DNA of 64,000 nt from an uncultured archaeon. Lineage in GTDB: Archaea > Thermoproteota > Bathyarchaeia > Bathyarchaeales > Bathycorpusculaceae. The DNA is taken from NCBI GenBank assembly GCA_963810275.1, contig CAWENF010000021.1:160001-224000 (forward strand), given 5' to 3'. Numbering within the stretch: position 1 is the first letter of the stretch; the number at the start of each line of letters is the position of its first letter. The translations under genes and the position numbers were made by a program. Below, one piece after another: positions 10,323 to 22,466 of this stretch. Under the pieces are notes generated by a model. It was given only the letters and a program-made list of their open reading frames with translations, was not told where the DNA came from and did no database searches.

Positions 10323-10512
10323 ATTGGAATCCTCAATTTTCTTGTTGCTTCTATACTTGAATTCTCTCCATTTAAACCTATCTAACCTTGGATAAGGATT
10401 AGGCAGATAAGCTGAGGAACTGCAAGGGGTGCTTTGTTTGTGGGTTTTGTGGCTTTCACTTATAAGTAGGTGTAGGCTAGTTTCGGAGTAAAACAGGCTT
10501 GAGGCTGAATAA

Positions 10513-11196
10513 GTGAAGATAAAAATCAGCAGAAACTATGCGGTTTTAGCAGTGGTACTTGCTGTTCTGCTGGTTTTATCCGTGTATTTCTACGTGAACT
10601 TTAATGACCCCTACATTCTGCTTTTCTTCACCGCGTTGGGCTTTAACCTCATCCCGTTTGCTGGTCCCAGCAATCTACTGATTGCCTCAACCGCAGCCAT
10701 CGCCTTCGTGGAGTCAGACCCCCTCACGCTAGTCACCATCGGGTTTATAATCGCTATAGCTGCCGCCCTCGCCAAAGGCGTGCATTACATGATAACGTTT
10801 TTTGTTAGTGGGCAATTAAGCGAGAAGAGGCGCCAACGCTTAGACCAAGACGCATCAAAAGTGCGCAAATGGGCGTTTCTGCTTCTTTTCGCCGCAGCCG
10901 CCACCCCAATCCCTGACGAGCCCATAGTTATCCCGCTTGGGTTAATGAAGTACAGCCCCGCAAAGTTCTTCACCGCCTACTTCTTAGGCAAACTATCCAT
11001 CACGGTTGCGGGAGCTTTTCTGGGTCAGGAAACAAGCACGCTGTTTTCGGGTTGGCTAAGTCCAGAAGCCATGGTAGCCATATCGGTTGTGTTAACGGTG
11101 GTTATCACTGTTATTCTGCTAAAGGTGGACGTGGGTAAGCTGGCGAATAAGTACCTGCACCACAAACCCAAAGAAACACAGCGAAAAGCATTATAA
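10513..11196 (+). CDS. DedA/VTT-domain membrane protein
   Basis: FAAAATPIPDE...PLGLMKY...FFTAYFLGK pattern, multiple TM helices. Confidence 0.75.
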   Translation: MKIKISRNYAVLAVVLAVLLVLSVYFYVNFNDPYILLFFTALGFNLIPFAGPSNLLIASTAAIAFVESDPLTLVTIGFIIAIAAALAKGVHYMITFFVSGQLSEKRRQRLDQDASKVRKWAFLLLFAAAATPIPDEPIVIPLGLMKYSPAKFFTAYFLGKLSITVAGAFLGQETSTLFSGWLSPEAMVAISVVLTVVITVILLKVDVGKLANKYLHHKPKETQRKAL

Positions 11197-11226
11197 ACCA
11201 AGCATCCACCCATTTGGCGTGTTAGT

Positions 11227-11730
11227 ATGCCTCAAAAACAGCGCAGATACCCCCTAAAAACCAAAGAAGCAAAACAAATCATAGACCAAGCCAGCCAGAA
11301 ACTCAAACTGGATTTTGAAGCGCTTTTCGGAGCTAAAGCCACCGTGGAGGTCGCCGAGTCCGATGTCGCCGAGGTCTACCTCATCGCAGGAAAGCCGATG
11401 CTTTTCAAATCCGCCGACAAAGTCCTGCCGACGTTACTCTTTTCAGAGTTTGCAGGTGTAGCGCCCAAGATTGTTGTAGATATGGGTGCAGTGCCCTATG
11501 TGTGTAAGGGTGCGACGGTTATGGCGCCAGGTATTGTGCGAGTTGAGGGGGAATTTTCAGTGGGAGACTATGTGCTTGTTTGTGATGTTAAATTTTGCAA
11601 GTCTTTAGCGGTTGCTGAAGCGTTGATGGATTCTGCGACTGCGAGTGCAACCAAGAAGGGTCCAGTTGTTAAGACGGTTCATTGGGTGGGCGATAAGGTT
11701 TGGGATTACGTTAAATCTCTAGCTGAATGA
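11227..11730 (+). CDS. PUA-domain RNA-binding protein (DUF1947/MCT-1-like)
   Basis: LPTL, VVDMGAVPYVCKGATVMAPGI, HWVGDKVW. Confidence 0.9.
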   Translation: MPQKQRRYPLKTKEAKQIIDQASQKLKLDFEALFGAKATVEVAESDVAEVYLIAGKPMLFKSADKVLPTLLFSEFAGVAPKIVVDMGAVPYVCKGATVMAPGIVRVEGEFSVGDYVLVCDVKFCKSLAVAEALMDSATASATKKGPVVKTVHWVGDKVWDYVKSLAE

Positions 11731-11827
11731 GCAAACAAAATTTCAAGCATATTTAAGCTATCGCTTCTTTTACAGGTTATTTAGCTGTTTGGGGCTTGAA
11801 AGGTTTTTATTAGCTAACGCATAGGGT

Positions 11828-12703
11828 ATGTTGGTGCTTTTTATGATCTTTCTGTTAGCGGCAATGTTGACGCTAGAGGAGGTTTTCAGCAACTTCTTAA
11901 ACACAATCGCACAAGCTCTACCCGGAATCATCGGAGCAATCATCATAATCATCATCGGAGTCATCGTAGGCTGGTTCGTAGGCAAAGTAGTAAACCGAAT
12001 AGTCGACCGCACCGTAGAGAGAAACTTTGACCAAAGTGAAATCGGAAAGGTCTTCCGTAACTCGGGCTTTGACTTATCCAACTTTGTCGGCGGACTACTA
12101 TATGCGTTTGTTGTAATCGTCTCCATAACCGTCGCCATAGGCTTACTCAACGTACCAGGCACTGAAGGCCAATTCATGGCGCAGATAGCAGCTTACTTAC
12201 CAAGGCTCTTAGGCGGCATACTAGTAATTGTCTTAGGCATCGTACTGGTTGATTTCTTAGCCCAGCTCGTTGGAAAAGTAATTAAACCCATGTTTGGACC
12301 CAACAAAACCGAAATCGCCGACATGCTAAAGAACCTGCTATTCATCGGATTGGTCGCTATCGTCTTAAACATCGCTTTTGATCTGCTGCTGTTCAGCGCT
12401 GGAGGATTAGTATACTCGCTTATCATAGGCTTTGTCATCATCGGAGCAGGCATAATCTTAGCAGACGGCTTAATCAAATCTATAACCGACGACCACCCAG
12501 AATTCATACCCATAGCAGGCTACACCAAATTCATACTCTACAGCATCTTCCTGCTCATCGGCACCGGTGCAATCTTTTCCACGTTCACAGGAGTAACGAC
12601 CATCATCAGCACCATCGCATGGGCATTTGCTATCGCACTGGCAATCGCATTGATACCATTAATCTACAGTTTAGCCAAACGCATACAAATAGAAACTAAA
12701 TAG
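11828..12703 (+). CDS. Conserved TM-helix-repeat membrane protein (mechanosensitive-channel-associated type)
   Basis: Two LP(G/R)(I/L)(I/L)G(A/G)I repeats, many TM helices. Confidence 0.7.
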   Translation: MLVLFMIFLLAAMLTLEEVFSNFLNTIAQALPGIIGAIIIIIIGVIVGWFVGKVVNRIVDRTVERNFDQSEIGKVFRNSGFDLSNFVGGLLYAFVVIVSITVAIGLLNVPGTEGQFMAQIAAYLPRLLGGILVIVLGIVLVDFLAQLVGKVIKPMFGPNKTEIADMLKNLLFIGLVAIVLNIAFDLLLFSAGGLVYSLIIGFVIIGAGIILADGLIKSITDDHPEFIPIAGYTKFILYSIFLLIGTGAIFSTFTGVTTIISTIAWAFAIALAIALIPLIYSLAKRIQIETK

Positions 12704-12787
12704 CCAAAACCTCCGCCCTTTTTTTAAAACTCCATAAGTCGCTCTGTTTCCTAAAGCATTAAAAGCTCAACCGCGAATGTTTTTCTA

Positions 12788-13690
12788 ATGTCCACTCTGA
12801 GTTTACCCTGTTACCTTAAAGCAGCCATTCTAATCGTTGCAACAACCTTCCTTGCATACGGAATTTACTGGGCAGTTAACGGAGTCATATGGGCAAACAG
12901 CCTAACCCAAATCTTTAGAGCCCTCTCCAGTGGGCAAATAGACTTCTTAGGTCCAATTACAGTTACACATGCAATTTTGTTAGTAATTCAAGAGTCATGC
13001 TCGGTTGTAAACTGCTGCTTTGTTCTGCCTGCCAGCGCCATTTTGGGCTTTTACACAGCTGTGCAGTACCTGAAGGGAAACCCAAGTTACCTTGTTAAAC
13101 TGCGTTGGGTGCTTGTTTTGACGGCTGTTTTCTATTTGCTGCTTGTACCCTCCAGCATTCATCATCTCATCGGCATAACATCTGGATGGCCTATGGTTGA
13201 CATCGGCGTCGGCTTATCCTACCTGCTACAGGCGCTACTAATTGCCCCGCCGCTTTTGGTTCTTGCAAAAAAACTGGGAAAACCAAAGCAAACCAGCCAA
13301 ATCCTGCGTTGGGCAGCTGTTGCAGCCCCGCTTTTTGCATTTGCCACGTGGTTTAAGTACCTGTTTTTGTGGTGGGATACGCTGCTGCCACGAGCACCAC
13401 TTGACGGTGGAGTATGGAGTGTGGTGGGCGCCGCAAACGCGGTGGTAACTTTGCTGGCTGCAGGGGCAGTTACAGCGTTTGCAGTCTACAAACTCAAAAA
13501 ACTGAGCTTCGATGCAAAACTTGCGGGAGCAGCGCTGGTTTTGTTCGGCGGCTTCTTCTGGGTTTTCACGTTAACAGCGCTTTTTGTGCCAGCCTACACG
13601 TCGTTTTGGTACTTAACGGATTTCTGGATGCTAACCCTACCCATACTGGGGGCTGCATTGCTATTGCAGCAAAAAACCAACCAGTTTTAG
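12788..13690 (+). CDS. Hypothetical polytopic membrane protein
   Basis: 300-aa ORF with about 8 hydrophobic helices. Confidence 0.7.
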   Translation: MSTLSLPCYLKAAILIVATTFLAYGIYWAVNGVIWANSLTQIFRALSSGQIDFLGPITVTHAILLVIQESCSVVNCCFVLPASAILGFYTAVQYLKGNPSYLVKLRWVLVLTAVFYLLLVPSSIHHLIGITSGWPMVDIGVGLSYLLQALLIAPPLLVLAKKLGKPKQTSQILRWAAVAAPLFAFATWFKYLFLWWDTLLPRAPLDGGVWSVVGAANAVVTLLAAGAVTAFAVYKLKKLSFDAKLAGAALVLFGGFFWVFTLTALFVPAYTSFWYLTDFWMLTLPILGAALLLQQKTNQF

Positions 13691-13765
13691 AGCTGCCCTT
13701 GCCTGTCATTTGCCTTAAATCTTTGCGCGCACCTAAACTGTGTACCGAGTTTTGTGTGTAACCAC

Positions 13766-14754
13766 ATGCGCAAAAAATGGTTTATTGCCAAAACTTTGCT
13801 ATTGAGGGCGGTTCTTTTAGCATCACTGAATCTGGTTTACGCGGAATCACCGAAAATTATCCATGTAGATAACACTTACAAACCAGCGTACCCTCTTCCT
13901 ACACCGACGCCAACCAACACTCCATCAACCACAACAAGTCCTACAGAGAACGCGGCGCCGACAGCTAACCCCACCACTGTAGCAACAACAGACACTTCTA
14001 CAGAAAACCCAGCAATCTCGCAAAGTTCCACGCCAACAGACACCCAGACTCCAACGGCAGACCCAACCGGCAACCCCACAACCACCGACAACCCAGAAGT
14101 ACCCGAATTAACCCCTATAGCGTTAATCGCAACGTTAATTCTATTTGGCAGCCGTGGCAGTGTTTAGCAGAAAAAACCGCCCAAACCTAAAACGCACAGG
14201 AAGCATAGCCGTTTTGATTGCAGTGATGGCGTTTTCGTTGATGACTAACATGGCGTACGGGCAAACCACTACACCCACAACCACACCCACGCCAGTTGTT
14301 GGCTACTCGCTATGGTTCACCAATGGTACAGAGTTGCTCATAGACGGAGCCAACTGTTACGGCGTACTGTACGGCGGCCCATACTTAAACATAGGCGGCA
14401 TCAAACCTATCGCCAGCGGATTCGGCAGCTCCGCAGACAAAACCAGCAGCATAGTGATTCTAAGAAACGACCGTAACGTATCCATAGACGTTACCTTAAC
14501 GCTCCAAAATGTTCAAGTACCCTCAGACATTGAAATCAGCATGCATTACTTCTTTATGAGTAATCACACTTATGCCCTACACAGCGCAGTGGATGGGAAA
14601 CAGCAAGGTAGCCCAAAACCCGCTGGGACCTGGACAGTACATTTGGCTAGCAATAACGGTCACGCTTGCCCAACCAGATGTGCCCCTAACTGGAACACCC
14701 AATTACGGTTTCAGCTACAGCTTCGACATAGAAGTCACAGCAACACAAGCATAA
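13766..14754 (+). CDS. Secreted Thr/Pro-rich surface protein with internal PEF-CTERM-like segment; two +1 frameshifts
   Basis: Signal peptide, TPT-rich linker, VPELTPIALIATLIL(L)AAVAVFSRKNR, second hydrophobic segment and beta-rich domain; joins track ORFs 13754-14167, 14145-14768, 14572-14754. Confidence 0.6.
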
Positions 14755-14832
14755 TCACAAACAACTAAAAGAATCAGTCAACAATACAGCGAAATCCTCG
14801 TTTCCCCAATTTCATTCCAAAATCACGTAAAA

Positions 14833-15108
14833 TTCAACAGTGAAGAAAGTGATTGGAGTAACACCCAAACAATAATTATACCTTCCAACACAGGGTCGAT
14901 TTCAACAACGCCTAAACCTACAACTTCTTATATCCCAAGTACGCCACCATCAACTAACAGCAATGGATCAACTGAGATAACTATACAAATATCGTCTATT
15001 AACTTGCTTTTATTGACGGGTATCCTATTAGTAGTTGTTTTGGGTGTGGCTATAAGCATAGTCATTTCTGTTCAACATCGAAAAACGCCAAAACCATCTA
15101 TCTCTTGA
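14833..15108 (+). pseudogene. Orphan C-terminal fragment of an HRKT-tail surface protein
   Basis: FNSEESDWSNTQTIIIP, S/T/P linker, TM helix, QHRKTPKPSIS*; no start codon. Confidence 0.65.
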
Positions 15109-15391
15109 TTTTAGTTTGTCTCCGCGGGATTGCGGGTTTGGTGTTTTCACTGTGAGTAAATGAGATGTCAGAGTTTAGGCTAGGGAGGCAAACTGATTCA
15201 TGTAGGGCAATTTATGTTTTTAAGTAGTCGTTCAACTTTACAAGATAAAATCAAAAAAAACGAACCCACTAAAAAGTAAGTGTCACAGAAAGATTTGCAA
15301 CAACAAACATAAATAAAGAAAACTAAAATTTTAAGAAAGGAAGTTTTGAAACTCATTTTCCTTCTTACACTCTTCTATAGCTGCTAAAGTA

Positions 15392-15449
15392 GGGCTTTGA
15401 CGTATAGCCATGTTATGCTCTCCTTGCTCCTCCAGTTAAGCACGAATGC
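15392..15449 (-). other. 3' arm of 16S pre-rRNA processing stem (BHB)
   Basis: Transcript CUUAACUGGA-GGAG-CAA-GGAGA and CUAUACGUCAAAGCCC are complementary to the leader at 17018-17078. Confidence 0.85.
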
Positions 15450-15456
15450 TTTACTT

Positions 15457-16943
<1,487 letters not shown>

Positions 16944-17017
16944 ATGCACTCCATGCTGACTTGTCGGATCATTATGTTTTTTGTGTGGTACGAATATTGT
17001 ATAGCACAATTCTCCTC

Positions 17018-17078
17018 GCATTCAAATTTCTTAACTGGATTTGGAGGGAGAAACATTCCACTCTATACGTCAAAGCCC
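17018..17078 (-). other. 5' arm of 16S pre-rRNA processing stem (BHB)
   Basis: Transcript GGGCUUUGACGUAUAG...UCUCC-CUCC-AAA-UCCAGUUAAG gives a 3-4-3 bulge-helix-bulge with the 3' arm. Confidence 0.85.
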
Positions 17079-17247
17079 AATTCAGACCTAATAGAGCAAT
17101 TTATCAGGTCCACATATGTGTCCCCGCAATTGGAGGCCAACACCATCATTCCTGTAAGGCGAATCGCCGTTTCGGTACGGGTTGAGCCGCCGCCATGTGA
17201 TAATTGCGGGGCTTGATAGTAGCTGAGTTCTCTTAGAAGTAACATTA

Positions 17248-17268
17248 GGTGATATAAAGATTTCTTTT
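17248..17268 (-). promoter_or_regulatory. Probable rRNA promoter (BRE/TATA)
   Basis: Minus strand AAAAGAAATCTTTATATCACC about 300 nt upstream of the mature 16S 5' end. Confidence 0.55.
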
Positions 17269-18344
17269 CAACTTGTTTAAACCACGCTTCAGAAGCTGAC
17301 ACGCTTTAAATGAACCCAGTTCTACCACTTCAACATGGCAATGATTAGTTTTTAACATTTCTCCCCATAATCTGCAAAATAAGCTTAACTAAAAAACGAT
17401 TGTTTTCCATGGTTTTTCTATGAAAAAATAGCTGCCACCCCTAAAATCCTCGAAAAACCCGAGCGCCCCCGCAGAAATCATCGTAAATGCGGGGGAGAAA
17501 ACTCTGCGGAAAATACATTGCAGCCGATTTTTCATTTTAGTGTTTTATGATAGCATTGATCTTTTAATCTTCTTTTTGGGCTGTGTTTCTGTTGCTGTTG
17601 ATCGCGGGGCTGATTATGGCATAATCATCAACTAACATAAGAGCAAAAACATAGTTTTTACAATAATTGATATACTATAGAAAATGAGTAAAATAAATTC
17701 AAAATCTCAATTCTCCATTTTAGTCAAGATTTATATAATTTACGAACTGCACCACTACAGACAAGTTCTGCATGCACGCCATTAAATGCGGATGCAGAAG
17801 CCTAATGTGAACAGCAAGTCCCTCCGCTGTATAGTAGCGTTCGAGGCAAAGCATGCAACAAAACCTAGTCAAGATATGGTTCTCCTAAAAAATTGAGCGA
17901 CGAATAACCATAAGGTATGGCAAACTGGAAGCTATAGATTCCTGTTGGGGTTAGTAACGAGGTGCGCGTTACTTATGTGACGGTTGTGCTCGTCTACGTT
18001 GTCGAAGATTTTGTTATTGACTTTGCAGAGGAATTTGGCATTAGAAGTTATCTTTGGCTCTATAAGTACAAGGTTTGGATTTGAACGCTTAGGCAAACAG
18101 TCACCCCCAACAATAGCTGATAGTTACCGGCAGAATTTACGTTTTTGTGACTACTCATGGGCAACAACGCAGAAAAAAGAGCTGGCGAGGATCATATTAT
18201 CTGTGCTCGACTTTCCTGCCAACTCAAAATCAGGAGAAACCGAATTTGATGAGGAGTTGTTGCTTCAGGCAGAAGCCAACATTTTCTTTTATGTCTATTT
18301 GGAGTAAGAAGTATCGTGTGGAAAGGAGTGATTGGTGCCCGACA

Positions 18345-18436
18345 GGTTAGGCGGGTTTGGCTGCCGAGGCTGGGTAAACCGTAAACCACACATTTTTGGT
18401 TTGCCCAATTTCGGCGTAGGGCTTAGCCCGCCCAAC
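18345..18436. repeat. Long imperfect GC-rich inverted repeat (hairpin)
   Basis: GGCGGG/CCCGCC, GCCGAG/TTCGGC, TGGGTAAACC/GGTTTGCCCA pairings, followed by a T run. Confidence 0.6.
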
Positions 18437-18980
18437 GTCTCTTTTTAGGTTGTGACAGCAAGTGCACAATCACATCAGCATTTATGGCGCCAACGCCAAT
18501 AAATACTTGTAAGACGGGTTAACTTAGAAGCAGGCAAATGTTTCCCCTCTCTCTTCCTGATTGTTCCCACTTGTTTCTAAGTTAACCCCACTCGCATCCT
18601 GTCACTTTAAATTTACCAGAATACAATAAAAATATGTTTACGCTTAACCGCCAACACGACAGTTTCTTTTTTAAGATACTTTTATGTATTTTCAGAATAG
18701 GTTTTTGGATATGCCAACATTCGAATGTACTGTCTGCGGCAAGAAAATACGTGGTGAATACGAAGTGTCATGTACTGGGGATATTAACCGCAACGTGGAA
18801 AAAGCGCCTTGGTGTTGCGGTAAGGAAATGATTGAATCAATCGACGACTAACTTAACGCTCAACTCTATTAGGTTGTGACTACAGACTGGAACCAACAAA
18901 AAAATATTAAAACAGAGCAATCCTGTGGGTATAACAATAGCTTGCCAGTAAGCTGGTAAACTTCAAAAAAGTAGTTTACA

Positions 18981-19442
18981 GTGGTGAAAGTGATTTTGAG
19001 CTTAACACAAGGGGACCTCGCCACCAGCCTACGAGACCACCTAGAAAACAAAGGATACAAGGTCAGCACCTCAAAAGACAGCTATAGTCAAAGCTTAGAG
19101 GTAACTGCGATTAAAAACAGGGAAATCCTAATAATTGAAGGCGTCTGGGAAACGCTTCTGCCAGCTGAGGAGGTCATTACATATGCAATTGGGAAATTAG
19201 TTAAGAGAATGAAAAAGCCAGACCCATGGATTGACTACGGTTTAGCTATTCCAAAGGGTTACTTTAAAGTTCTCAAAGACTATGAGGTCGGCGGCTTGGA
19301 GAACCTAAAACTTCACTTGTTTTTAGTGGAAAATATCTATACACTAACACACTTGAACCCCAAAGTAACGCTTGAACTGGTGAGGCACCTAAAAGCGGGT
19401 AACCTTTCAACTTTGCACATCTGGGGCATAAACTACGAATAA
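18981..19442 (+). CDS. Hypothetical protein, PD-(D/E)XK nuclease-like fold, catalytic motif degenerate
   Basis: LRDHLENKGYKV...LEVTAIKNREILIIEG...YAIGKL...YGLAIP pattern. Confidence 0.55.
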   Translation: MVKVILSLTQGDLATSLRDHLENKGYKVSTSKDSYSQSLEVTAIKNREILIIEGVWETLLPAEEVITYAIGKLVKRMKKPDPWIDYGLAIPKGYFKVLKDYEVGGLENLKLHLFLVENIYTLTHLNPKVTLELVRHLKAGNLSTLHIWGINYE

Positions 19443-19491
19443 TGCCTAAAATTTAAACAATCTTATAATAAAGTCTGAAGGCAAAACATGC

Positions 19492-21960
19492 TTGAGCGAA
19501 AAAAACCCAACTACTGAGCAAGCTAAAAAAATTGAAGTCAAAGATTTAATGGATAAACTGTCAACTTCCCAGAAAGGAATCTCAAGCGACGAAGCAGAAA
19601 AACGTCTTCAACAGTACGGGGCCAATGAACTCCAAGAGAAAAAAGAAAACCCCATCAGGAAATTTCTCAGTTACTTTTGGGGTCCGATTCCTTTTATGAT
19701 TGAAGCCGCTGTTGTCATGTCAGCGGTAATTTCGCACTGGTCGGATTTCGCAATCATCCTGATGCTGCTTATGATCAATGCGGTGGTGGGATTCTGGCAG
19801 GAACACAAAGCAGACAACGCTATAGAGCTGCTTAAACAAAAACTTGCATTAACAGCCAGAGTATTGCGTGACGGCGCATGGAAAGAGATGCCCGCAAAAA
19901 ACCTGGTGCCAGGCGATATCGTACGGCTCCGTTTAGGCGAAATCGTTCCCGCAGACGTCAAACTAATCCAAGGAGACTACATCTTAACCGACGAATCCGC
20001 CTTAACAGGCGAATCCCTACCAGTAGAGAAACATGCTTCCGAAGTGGGCTACGCCAGTTCAATTGTGCGGCAAGGAGAAATGGACGCCTTAGTCGTCAAC
20101 ACAGGCGCGCACACTTTTTTTGGAAAAACTACCAAACTTGTTGAAGAAGCCCAAAGAAGAAGCCACTTCCAAAAAGCCATCGTGAAAATCGGCGACTACC
20201 TCATCGTGCTGGCCGTGATGCTTGTCATTTTGATTTTCATTGTTTCTATATTTAGAGGAGAAAACATCCTTGAATTGGTGCAGTTTGCCTTGGTGTTAAC
20301 TGTCGCTGCGATCCCAGCTGCACTACCCGCAGTCCTCTCAGTCACCATGGCCATCGGCGCCATCGCCCTCGCAAAAAAAGAAGCTATCGTAAGCAAACTG
20401 GTCGCCATCGAAGAAATGGCGGGCATGGACATCCTCTGTTCGGACAAAACAGGAACCATAACCGAAAACCAGCTTACTGTAGGAAAAGTCAATACCTTTA
20501 GTGGCTTTAGCGAAAACCACACGCTACTTTTCGGTATGCTTGCCTCCAGAGAGGAAGACCCTGACCCAATCGACAAAGCTATAGTGCGAAAAGCCAAAAG
20601 CATTCAAACCATAGTGGAAAATGCAGCCAAATACCAGATTAGCAATTTTAAACCCTTCGACTCCGTGGCAAAAAGAACAGAGGCAAAAATCAGCGAAGTC
20701 GAGGGCGACAACTTTAGAGTATCCAAAGGCGCACCCCAAGTGATTCTTGCACTTTCTCAAACTAAAGCTGATTTGACAAAGCAAGTACAAGCCGCAGTTG
20801 ACCAACTCGCCAAAACAGGAAACCGAGCTCTTGCAGTAGCAGCAACTGATAAAGACGACAAATGGCGCTTCGTAGGTTTAATCGGTCTGTATGACCCGCC
20901 CAGACCGGATTCTGCGCAGACCATCAAAACTGCCCAGCAGATGGGTGTTGAAGTGAAGATGGTAACAGGTGACCACATTGCCATCGCCAAAGAAATCGCG
21001 GGGCAAGTTGGTTTGGGCACAGATATTGCATTACCCTCGGAATTTATCGACAAGCATGAAAGGGAATCAAGCAAAGTCGTGGAGAACGCAGACGGATTTG
21101 CGGAGGTGTTTCCCGATCACAAATACCACATAGTAGAGCTTTTGCAAAATAAAGATCACATTGTAGGTATGACGGGGGACGGCGTTAACGATGCACCTGC
21201 TCTTAAAGAGGCAGATGTAGGCATAGCGGTGGCGGGGGCGACTGACGCAGCTAAATCGGCAGCCGACATCGTACTAACCAAGCCAGGGTTGTCGGTGATT
21301 ATCGATGCTATTAAGGAAAGCCGAAAAATCTTTCAGCGAATGAATAACTACGGTATATATCGTATAGCAGAAACCATCAGAGTACTTCTGTTCATCACTT
21401 TCTCGATTATTGCGTTCCAGTTCTACCCCGTAACTGCACTCATGATTGTCCTCTTGGCAATTCTAAACGACTTACCGATTATGACGATTGCCTATGACAA
21501 TGTAAAGTACTCAGACGCTCCCGAAAAATGGGATATGCGGAGGTTGCTAGCAGTTTCGACTTTTATAGGAATTATAGGGGTGTTCTCGTCTTTTGGAATT
21601 CTCTACATCGGCACTGAAGTGTTTAAGCTTGACCCGCTGGTCTTGCAGTCGTTTATTTACCTTAAACTGTCCGTAGCAGGACACTTGACCGTGTTTGTCT
21701 CCCGAACCAAAGGGCACTTCTGGTCCGTTAAACCAGCCAGACCCCTCCTGTTTGCGGTTATTGTAACTCAGCTAATCGCAACACTCATAACGGTTTACGG
21801 GATTCTGCTTCCGGCTATGGGCTGGATACTGGCGTTGTTTGTGTGGGGATACGCTTTGGTGTTGTTTGTGGTGACGGACTTCGCTAAGATAGGTTTCTAC
21901 CGATTGCTTCGCTTTGAGAAAAACAGCAAAAAGTATCGATGGAAAAACTTCAGCGAATAG
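19492..21960 (+). CDS. Plasma-membrane proton-efflux P-type ATPase (P3A)
   Basis: TGES, DKTGT, KGAP, DPPR, TGD, GDGVNDAP; P3A-typical FWGPIP, YRIAET, LNDLPIMTIAYD. Confidence 0.93.
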   Translation: MSEKNPTTEQAKKIEVKDLMDKLSTSQKGISSDEAEKRLQQYGANELQEKKENPIRKFLSYFWGPIPFMIEAAVVMSAVISHWSDFAIILMLLMINAVVGFWQEHKADNAIELLKQKLALTARVLRDGAWKEMPAKNLVPGDIVRLRLGEIVPADVKLIQGDYILTDESALTGESLPVEKHASEVGYASSIVRQGEMDALVVNTGAHTFFGKTTKLVEEAQRRSHFQKAIVKIGDYLIVLAVMLVILIFIVSIFRGENILELVQFALVLTVAAIPAALPAVLSVTMAIGAIALAKKEAIVSKLVAIEEMAGMDILCSDKTGTITENQLTVGKVNTFSGFSENHTLLFGMLASREEDPDPIDKAIVRKAKSIQTIVENAAKYQISNFKPFDSVAKRTEAKISEVEGDNFRVSKGAPQVILALSQTKADLTKQVQAAVDQLAKTGNRALAVAATDKDDKWRFVGLIGLYDPPRPDSAQTIKTAQQMGVEVKMVTGDHIAIAKEIAGQVGLGTDIALPSEFIDKHERESSKVVENADGFAEVFPDHKYHIVELLQNKDHIVGMTGDGVNDAPALKEADVGIAVAGATDAAKSAADIVLTKPGLSVIIDAIKESRKIFQRMNNYGIYRIAETIRVLLFITFSIIAFQFYPVTALMIVLLAILNDLPIMTIAYDNVKYSDAPEKWDMRRLLAVSTFIGIIGVFSSFGILYIGTEVFKLDPLVLQSFIYLKLSVAGHLTVFVSRTKGHFWSVKPARPLLFAVIVTQLIATLITVYGILLPAMGWILALFVWGYALVLFVVTDFAKIGFYRLLRFEKNSKKYRWKNFSE

Positions 21961-22041
21961 CAGTATAGAGCTGGCAAATTATTTCAGTAAAGCCCTCAAT
22001 TATAAAAATTTGGACTGGCTAAAAAAGGGTAGAATGTTGGC

Positions 22042-22374
22042 TTAGAGTGTAAGCCACAAAAGGATACCCATAATTAATCCGTAAATCGCTAATGCTTCAG
22101 CTAAAGCGACAATCAAGAAGCTTCTGAAGAAGGTTTCAGGCTTCTCCGCTAGAGCGCTGATTGCAGCTGTGCCTGCGGAGGAGATGGCTAATCCAGCAGC
22201 TATAGAGGGCAAGCCGATAGCTAAGGCAGCAGCAAATGCTATGGCGACCCTGTCATTGTTTACTACTGTAGTGGTCGTATCTTGCACCGTTTGAACGGTA
22301 AAAGCGGCTGCCACACCCATAAGAGGCAAAAGCACAAGCGGAAGCAACACGAACAGTAATAGTTTACGATTCAA
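22042..22374 (-). CDS. atpK: A/V-type ATP synthase subunit K (c), single hairpin
   Basis: AAISALAEKPE...ALAEALAIYGL with carrier Glu. Confidence 0.92.
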   Translation of the reverse strand: MNRKLLLFVLLPLVLLPLMGVAAAFTVQTVQDTTTTVVNNDRVAIAFAAALAIGLPSIAAGLAISSAGTAAISALAEKPETFFRSFLIVALAEALAIYGLIMGILLWLTL

Positions 22375-22466
22375 GTTACGTCATACTCCATTACTAGTCA
22401 ATAGCAGACTGTTTTGTGCATTTAAGTTTTTTCTTGTTTGATAATTTTTCCCAACAAATATAATGG

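Noticed and set aside
13890-14100. Tandem DNA repeat
   Set aside because: AC-rich periodicity is explained by the Thr/Pro-rich coding linker.
15110-15390. tRNA-Ala or 23S start downstream of 16S
   Set aside because: No cloverleaf or 23S 5' signature seen; no tRNA recognised anywhere in the window by eye.
17984-18307. 107-aa ORF
   Set aside because: TTG start, no recognisable motif or RBS, in a gene-poor gap; cannot be supported.
18345-18436. attC site
   Set aside because: GTTRRRY precedes RYYYAAC on both strands, the reverse of attC geometry.
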